64,000 nt of DNA from an uncultured Phycisphaerales bacterium (GTDB taxonomy: Bacteria; Planctomycetota; Phycisphaerae; Tepidisphaerales; Tepidisphaeraceae), in assembly GCA_963755915.1 (NCBI GenBank), contig CAVWLP010000003.1, positions 64,001 to 128,000 of the forward strand. Direction: 5' to 3'. The translations under genes were made by a program, and so were the position numbers. The notes below the pieces were generated by a model. That model did no database searches, was not told the origin of the DNA, and saw only the letters and a list, made by a program, of their open reading frames with translations. Below, one piece after another: positions 55,615 through 64,000 of the stretch. How positions within the stretch are numbered: the first letter of the stretch is position 1; every line of letters starts with the position of its first letter.

Positions 55615-56108
55615 TCACTGACCCTTCCTAGAAGCCGCCTCAGCCTTATCCCCAGGCAGGTTCCGCCCGAGCACCTCGAAGAAAGTATTCAGCGTAGCCA
55701 TCCCCCGGCGAAAATCCTCGTTCCAAAAGAAATCCTGCATCAATCTCCAGAGCCCCGGCGGCTCCGGATGTTGGACCATTTTCTGCAGCGTCTCCGGAAT
55801 GATCCGCATAAATGTTTTGAGCGATTCAGGCTCGATCGCGCCCAGCGTGTTGATTACCAGAAGGAGATTACGAATGCCGCGAATCGATGCCGGCGATTGC
55901 GCCGCCGCGACGACGATTTCCAGCACTTTATCCCCCGAGCCCAGCGCCCGCGCATCAGATCCAGTGCGCCCCGATCATGCAGGCCTTGGAGCACTTCATA
56001 TGCCGCCAGCAAAGCTTCCGCATGTTCCGCCGGGGCATTCTGCAACCGGTTCTGAAGCTCAACGCGCGGGTCGGCGGGCGGTGGCTCCAATGCGATGGGT
56101 TGAGCCAT
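55615..56108 (-). CDS. DUF1641-family partner subunit of ForC-type formate dehydrogenase (frameshift ~55945)
   Basis: MAQPI, L..LH.RG.L.L, C-terminal GL..L.....D.RRG pattern; directly downstream of FDH alpha. Confidence 0.8.
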
Positions 56109-56113
56109 AAATA

Positions 56114-59071
<2,958 letters not shown>

Positions 59072-59552
59072 GGGTCGACCTCTCGATAGCTTCGACGGAC
59101 AGGCAGGCGCCGGTGACCTGCGGGTGCGGAAAGGCATCTTCCTGCGACTCATCCGTAGCGTCAACACATTCAAAATCCTTCTCGATGAGGATCTTCAGTG
59201 CGCCTCCGTCGCAGCCGACCTGGATACTTTCAATTCCGACCTGGCCCGTCTCAGCCCACTGATGCATCAAAGCGTTCGGTATGCGAACAATGATGCGGCC
59301 ATCCTCGAAACTTGCCGTTACGGCAGGAAGATTCGGGCCGGCACATAACACGTACTTGAGCCGCTGACTTCCGGAGATATTGAAGATTGTTGACTCTTCG
59401 ACGATGCCTTGATCGAGCATTCGCCGCACTTCGGATCGGCCCAGCCGCAAGCGGATTGAGTTACCTTTGATTCTTAGCTTCATGCCTTGCCTCTAATCTC
59501 GTCAGGGCAGATCCGAGCTCATGCATTCTTACAATCCGGTACCCGAAATGCA

Positions 59553-60965
59553 TCAGAAAATGAACTGAAATTGTACCTGTCCAATCACCTCGTTTCCGCG
59601 TTGACTCGCCAGGAGGTCGTCAATGGTGCTGGAGACGGGTGAGCCATTGGGCAGATAGGTGGCGTCCGCGGATAATTTTGCGCGATGGCCGTAGAAGTAA
59701 TAGTTGAATCCAAAGGTCGCGTCGTAGACGGTGTTGTCGGTGCCGGTTGGTAACTCACGGCGGTCGAAATCGATCCATTCGAACCTTACGAACGGCTCCC
59801 AGTGCTCTTGAATGAGATAAGCCGCCATTAGTCGCACTGAGGCGTCGTAGGTATCGAAAGATGGGCCCGATCCGGTGAACCCACCGTCGGTAGTTGGAGG
59901 CCCGCCATTGTCCCTCACATATCGGCCAAGGTAAGCCCCATACAGGGTCAGTCCATTCGGAAGCGTGTATTGGATATCCGCCACGTGGGTGAGGCCGCCA
60001 GTGGCCCCCGCTTCAGTATAGTCGAGACCGCCGCCGAGAACCAACAGTGGCTCCTTGTTGTTGAGCCCCGTGAATTGGTTGTAGTCGATCCAGTCGCCAA
60101 ACAGTTTGTATTCAAAACGCGCGGCCGCGCCCCAATTCGCCGAATTGGTGGGAAACTGTTCGAAGTCGGTGTCGAAGTTTCTCTCGCCACTTGTGAACGC
60201 GACTTCCGTGCGGAACGGATAATTGCCGTCATACCCATAGCTGAGGCTGGCGCCTTTGACGATGTTGTCGCCATTGAGCAGCACGTTGTTCACGATCGAA
60301 CGTCCGGGCGTGAGCGATTTCGTGGCGAACACGATCTGCTCATGATCGACAGGATCGCGGATCTGTCCGGCCTCGAGCGCGAACGGTGTGTTAGGAATGT
60401 GGTACCGCGCCCACGCGTCCTGGAGGCCCAAATCCCCGGTGGTATCGCCGGTGGCCCAGATGAACTGGTAAGTCAGGTTGGGTGAGACGAGGTTGCCATC
60501 GATGATGAATTTCGCCCGCGGCAGCTCGAAACCATTCTCAGTATCGCTGGTCGTGGCCGTTGCATTTTCCCGGTAATTCGTGGCATTGCGGATCTGCACA
60601 AAAACCCAGGGGTGAAACAGGAAATTCCCGTCGTCGCTACGGATGACGAATCCTTTGTTCGGGTCATAGCCGGACGCGAGTCCTTCCATATCCGCAAACT
60701 GGCTGTGCTGCCCGGCATCCTGAACGATTTGATTCATCGTGTCCTGATTGGTGGGCGCTTGGACGACCGCAGCGCTGGGCCGCGTCGTCGACTGCGCCGT
60801 AGCCACCTGTGCACGAAGCTCCTTGACTTCCGAACGTAGAGCACGGACTTCGTCAAGCAGCTCCCGCGACGTTGGATCACCGGCATTTGCCGCCTGCGCC
60901 CATAGTTTGCTCGTCATGAGGCCGCAGATCGCAACGAAACACGTGTATTGGGCAATCGCTTTCAT
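59553..60965 (-). CDS. Outer-membrane porin (OprO/OprP-like)
   Basis: Signal peptide, coiled coil, GF.I.S.DGNF, F..PRA, LQDAW, NYYFYGH..K, C-terminal QFQFIF. Confidence 0.82.
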   Translation of the reverse strand: MKAIAQYTCFVAICGLMTSKLWAQAANAGDPTSRELLDEVRALRSEVKELRAQVATAQSTTRPSAAVVQAPTNQDTMNQIVQDAGQHSQFADMEGLASGYDPNKGFVIRSDDGNFLFHPWVFVQIRNATNYRENATATTSDTENGFELPRAKFIIDGNLVSPNLTYQFIWATGDTTGDLGLQDAWARYHIPNTPFALEAGQIRDPVDHEQIVFATKSLTPGRSIVNNVLLNGDNIVKGASLSYGYDGNYPFRTEVAFTSGERNFDTDFEQFPTNSANWGAAARFEYKLFGDWIDYNQFTGLNNKEPLLVLGGGLDYTEAGATGGLTHVADIQYTLPNGLTLYGAYLGRYVRDNGGPPTTDGGFTGSGPSFDTYDASVRLMAAYLIQEHWEPFVRFEWIDFDRRELPTGTDNTVYDATFGFNYYFYGHRAKLSADATYLPNGSPVSSTIDDLLASQRGNEVIGQVQFQFIF

Positions 60966-61090
60966 TGGACCGTCTCCTTTATACCAATGAACATTTGATT
61001 ATCGTATAAACAATCAATTCCTTGCGATTTGTATTGAGTCGATATCCGCTTCCCGATCCGCTCGGGCACGCCAGACAACGCTCCGTTCGT

Positions 61091-62356
61091 TCACGGAGGC
61101 ATCATCATTTCTTCGGCCTTCGGTATTGCGTTAAACGTCGCCTTATCGATGTTGAGATGTGCCATGACCAATTCCGGCGGCGTATGGGACAGCCACTCGG
61201 AGAACGAAAGATCCTGGTAATTGGGGGATGCGAACATTTCCAGGAAGACCAGGTCGCTGTCCCCCGTGTTCTCGACGTAATGCAGCAGGCTTTTTTGTAC
61301 GTACCCAACGTCTCCGGCCTGAAAATCGAGGGTGCGAGCCTTGTTACCGGTGTCTATGACCGTCATCCGGCCCTTGCCGGCGATGTAGTATTGCCACTCG
61401 TCGGCGTTCGGGTGCCAGTGCAGTTCGCGCAGCCCGCCCGGGTGAACGGTGACCATCGCCATGGAAATGGCCGTAATCTTGAACTTGCTCGAATCAACGA
61501 TGCGGACATCGCCCCCCTTGGTGCTTTTCGTCGGCGGCATCTCCATCGTGCGAAACGCGAAATCGACCGGCGACTTCCCAAGGTCACCCGCGGCCGCATT
61601 CTGATCGTCATCCAGCGATCCGGGAACATCGGTCTGGAAAATGAAGAGCTCCTGTTTAGGCAGATTCTTCAAGGCATCTTGCGGAACGCCGAAGTTCTTC
61701 GACAGGACTTCGGGGGGCGTATGCGAGAGCGCGTCGCTCAGCAGCAGGGTCTCGGTCTCCGAGAACGCTCCATCATCGAAGACCAGCATGAATTCGGTGC
61801 CGTCGGGTCCCAAACCCTGAATGGAGTGTGGAGTTCCGCTGGGGAAGAACCAGAGATCGTTTTGTTTCACGTCGGCGACAAAACTCTTGCCGTCCTGGTC
61901 GATCGCCGTAATCCGCGCATTGCCGTAGAGGATGATGGCCCATTCGCCAGCCGTGTGCCAATGCAGCTCACGAACCCCGCCGGCCGTAAGCCTCATGTTT
62001 ACGCCTGCCAGGGTTTTAGAAACCGGCAGTTCCCGGATGGTCACTTCCCGAGACCATCCGCCTTCATAAGTCCGCTTGTTCGCAAAAGAAAAAGGATACT
62101 TGAAGTTTTGGACCAAACTCTTGGAATCTGTTGCCGGTGGCCATTCGGAGTCCAAGTTCTGCGCGTCGAGATCAGGATTTTGAGGACCGGGATCGGTCTG
62201 ACTCCTGTCCTCCGCAGCCGCGGCCATCATGGGCAGAAGTGCCGCCCCGGCCAGCGCCGCAGCGGGCGCGACCTGAAGCATTAAGTTTCGCCGCGAAACG
62301 CCAACATTCCTGTCATTCATGGTATTGGTCTCCGTTCTGCGGGCCTTGCTTACCAA
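61091..62356 (-). CDS. oxdC: Oxalate decarboxylase family bicupin with twin-arginine signal
   Basis: Two RELHWH Mn-binding motifs, GGWSRE, PHSIQG, FSE lid; SRRNL followed by a hydrophobic stretch; alternative start 62320. Confidence 0.92.
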   Translation of the reverse strand: MVSKARRTETNTMNDRNVGVSRRNLMLQVAPAAALAGAALLPMMAAAAEDRSQTDPGPQNPDLDAQNLDSEWPPATDSKSLVQNFKYPFSFANKRTYEGGWSREVTIRELPVSKTLAGVNMRLTAGGVRELHWHTAGEWAIILYGNARITAIDQDGKSFVADVKQNDLWFFPSGTPHSIQGLGPDGTEFMLVFDDGAFSETETLLLSDALSHTPPEVLSKNFGVPQDALKNLPKQELFIFQTDVPGSLDDDQNAAAGDLGKSPVDFAFRTMEMPPTKSTKGGDVRIVDSSKFKITAISMAMVTVHPGGLRELHWHPNADEWQYYIAGKGRMTVIDTGNKARTLDFQAGDVGYVQKSLLHYVENTGDSDLVFLEMFASPNYQDLSFSEWLSHTPPELVMAHLNIDKATFNAIPKAEEMMMPP

Positions 62357-62596
62357 GTCCCATACCGAGTTTTAACTGCGCGATTCAAACTGGGTCACGC
62401 CATCGATATTCGCCCAACTTTCTGTTTGCGGTTTTGATGCCGACTCCTACCGCCATATCCCCGAGAGCTATGAGCGGAAGCCATGGACATTTCCGATGGG
62501 GAAAGGATTCGTGGCTGCAAACGCCCCTGGCTCATCCGACGAACGAGCAACTTTTCCACGAGAAGCTCAGCACGACATGGAAGTTCTGCGAATCGG

Positions 62597-63496
62597 TTAT
62601 GTCGTTACTTTTTGACCAACCCGAACATTGCCCTCTATTTCGAGGGCTTTGATCATCGCTGATGCATTTTCCTCACCCCATCCCTGGTTCACAGCCGATT
62701 TGATCGTCTCGCGAATCACCGCCCCCGCCGGAATAGGCGAATTCAAATCCTGCGCAAAGCGGTCGATCAGGTTAGCATCCTTCAACAGGTGCTTGAGCGC
62801 GAAAAAGGTGCTGAAATCCCGCTTAATCAGTGCCGCCCCCACCCCGGACAAAATCGGCGATCTGAAATCCGTCACCTTCAGCACCCCCAGCACGTCCTGG
62901 GCATCGAGCCCCGCCTTGGTCGCCAGCACCATTGCCTCCCCCAACGCCTCCAATTGCGCCGCGACAATAAGATTCCCCACCAGCTTCATCGCGGACCCCT
63001 TGCCGCAGTCCCCCATAAAGTGCACAGTCACCCCCATCGCCTCCAGGATCGGACGAACTCGCTCAAAGACCGCGCGCTTCCCCCCCGCCAGAACCCACAG
63101 CCCCCCATTGGCCGCTTCATTCTTGCTCCCAAATACGGGGCAATCCAAAAATTCCACTTTCTTCTTCGCATATGCCTTCCCCTCTTTCCGGCTCGTCTCG
63201 GGATGCACGGTTGAGATGTCGACCGCAATCTGCCCCGCACTAACCGATGCTAAAACCCCGCCCGCCCCAAACACAACCTCTTCGACCGCCTGATCGTCGC
63301 TCAGGCAATACATCACTACTTCCGCCCCTTTCACAGCGCTCGCAATATTCGCCGCCGCCTTGGCCCCTTGTTTCACCAGCGGCTTCCCCTGTTCGTGGCG
63401 CCGGCTCCAAACCGTCACCTCATACCCAGCTTTGAGAAGAGTTCCCGCGATTCCCCCACCCATCACACCCAAACCGATGAATCCAATTCGTTTCAT
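62597..63496 (-). CDS. NAD(P)-dependent beta-hydroxyacid dehydrogenase family protein
   Basis: [25 protein letters not shown]...KD. Confidence 0.9.
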   Translation of the reverse strand: MKRIGFIGLGVMGGGIAGTLLKAGYEVTVWSRRHEQGKPLVKQGAKAAANIASAVKGAEVVMYCLSDDQAVEEVVFGAGGVLASVSAGQIAVDISTVHPETSRKEGKAYAKKKVEFLDCPVFGSKNEAANGGLWVLAGGKRAVFERVRPILEAMGVTVHFMGDCGKGSAMKLVGNLIVAAQLEALGEAMVLATKAGLDAQDVLGVLKVTDFRSPILSGVGAALIKRDFSTFFALKHLLKDANLIDRFAQDLNSPIPAGAVIRETIKSAVNQGWGEENASAMIKALEIEGNVRVGQKVTT

Positions 63497-63709
63497 GTCA
63501 GCTCACTCCCGTAGTGAGGCCAATTCTTGCATAGCGCCTTTATCTTAGCCACACCGGAACGCACATGAATCCATTTCCAAAAAAATGGTGTGCCTCAGCT
63601 TGTCCCCTCTTTTTCACGGGTCTTCTCGAAAATACTTTTGCCTTTCCGTCCGGCAATTGCCTACGCTTCCCCACAGGATATCGTTCGCGCACTCAACCGG
63701 GAGGACGCA

Positions 63710-64000
63710 ATGAAAATCGGCTTTATCGGTTTAGGCATCATGGGCAGCCGCATGGCCGCCAACCTGCAAAAACAGGGTCACAATCTTTTCGTCTTCAACC
63801 GAACCCGCGCCAGCGCCGGCTCCCTCTTGGCCGCCGGCGCCAAATGGGCCGACTCCCCCGCCGTCCTCGCTCCCCAGGTCGAAATCCTTTTCACAATGCT
63901 CGCCCATCCCGACGCCGTCGAAAAAGCCGCCCTCGGCAAAGACGGATTTCTCCCCGCCATGGAACGAGGCCGAACCTGGGTCGACTCCAGCACCGTCAAC
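63710..64000 (+). CDS. NAD(P)-dependent beta-hydroxyacid dehydrogenase family protein, 3' end outside window
   Basis: RBS GGAGG; MKIGFIGLGIMGSRMA.NL...VDSSTV read from the sequence (not in the ORF track). Confidence 0.88.
   Translation, partial: MKIGFIGLGIMGSRMAANLQKQGHNLFVFNRTRASAGSLLAAGAKWADSPAVLAPQVEILFTMLAHPDAVEKAALGKDGFLPAMERGRTWVDSSTVN

Noticed and set aside
61022-62284. 420-aa plus-strand ORF
   Set aside because: Antisense shadow of the oxalate decarboxylase gene.

Overview
GC-rich bacterial DNA. Planctomycete-type membrane-anchored ECF sigma factors and T-x-P linker motifs in secreted proteins suggest Phycisphaerae/Tepidisphaerales (inference). The left 28.7 kb reads as a tandem array of at least three genomic islands at an initiator tRNA-Met locus. 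The borders are a duplicated ~150-bp arm sequence plus copies of the tRNA 3' half (12321-12573, 24360-24590, 28709-28758). Cargo is a glucoamylase, sugar porter, phosphoketolase, aldolase, P-type H+-ATPase, PPK2 and acetate kinase cassette; a porin, diguanylate cyclase and hybrid kinase block with IS66 and group II intron debris; and a second xfp-ackA pair. The right 35 kb looks like core chromosome (CheB/CheR plus kinase, sua5, pyk, M28 peptidase, GH31 and others) with one IS4 element and several REP-like repeats. It ends in an apparent operon for a Tat-type oxalate decarboxylase, a porin and a ForCE-type formate dehydrogenase. About a dozen frameshifts fall mostly at GCGC contexts and are probably long-read errors, possibly methylation-linked. 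No integrase, cas gene or intact RNA gene is visible in the window.
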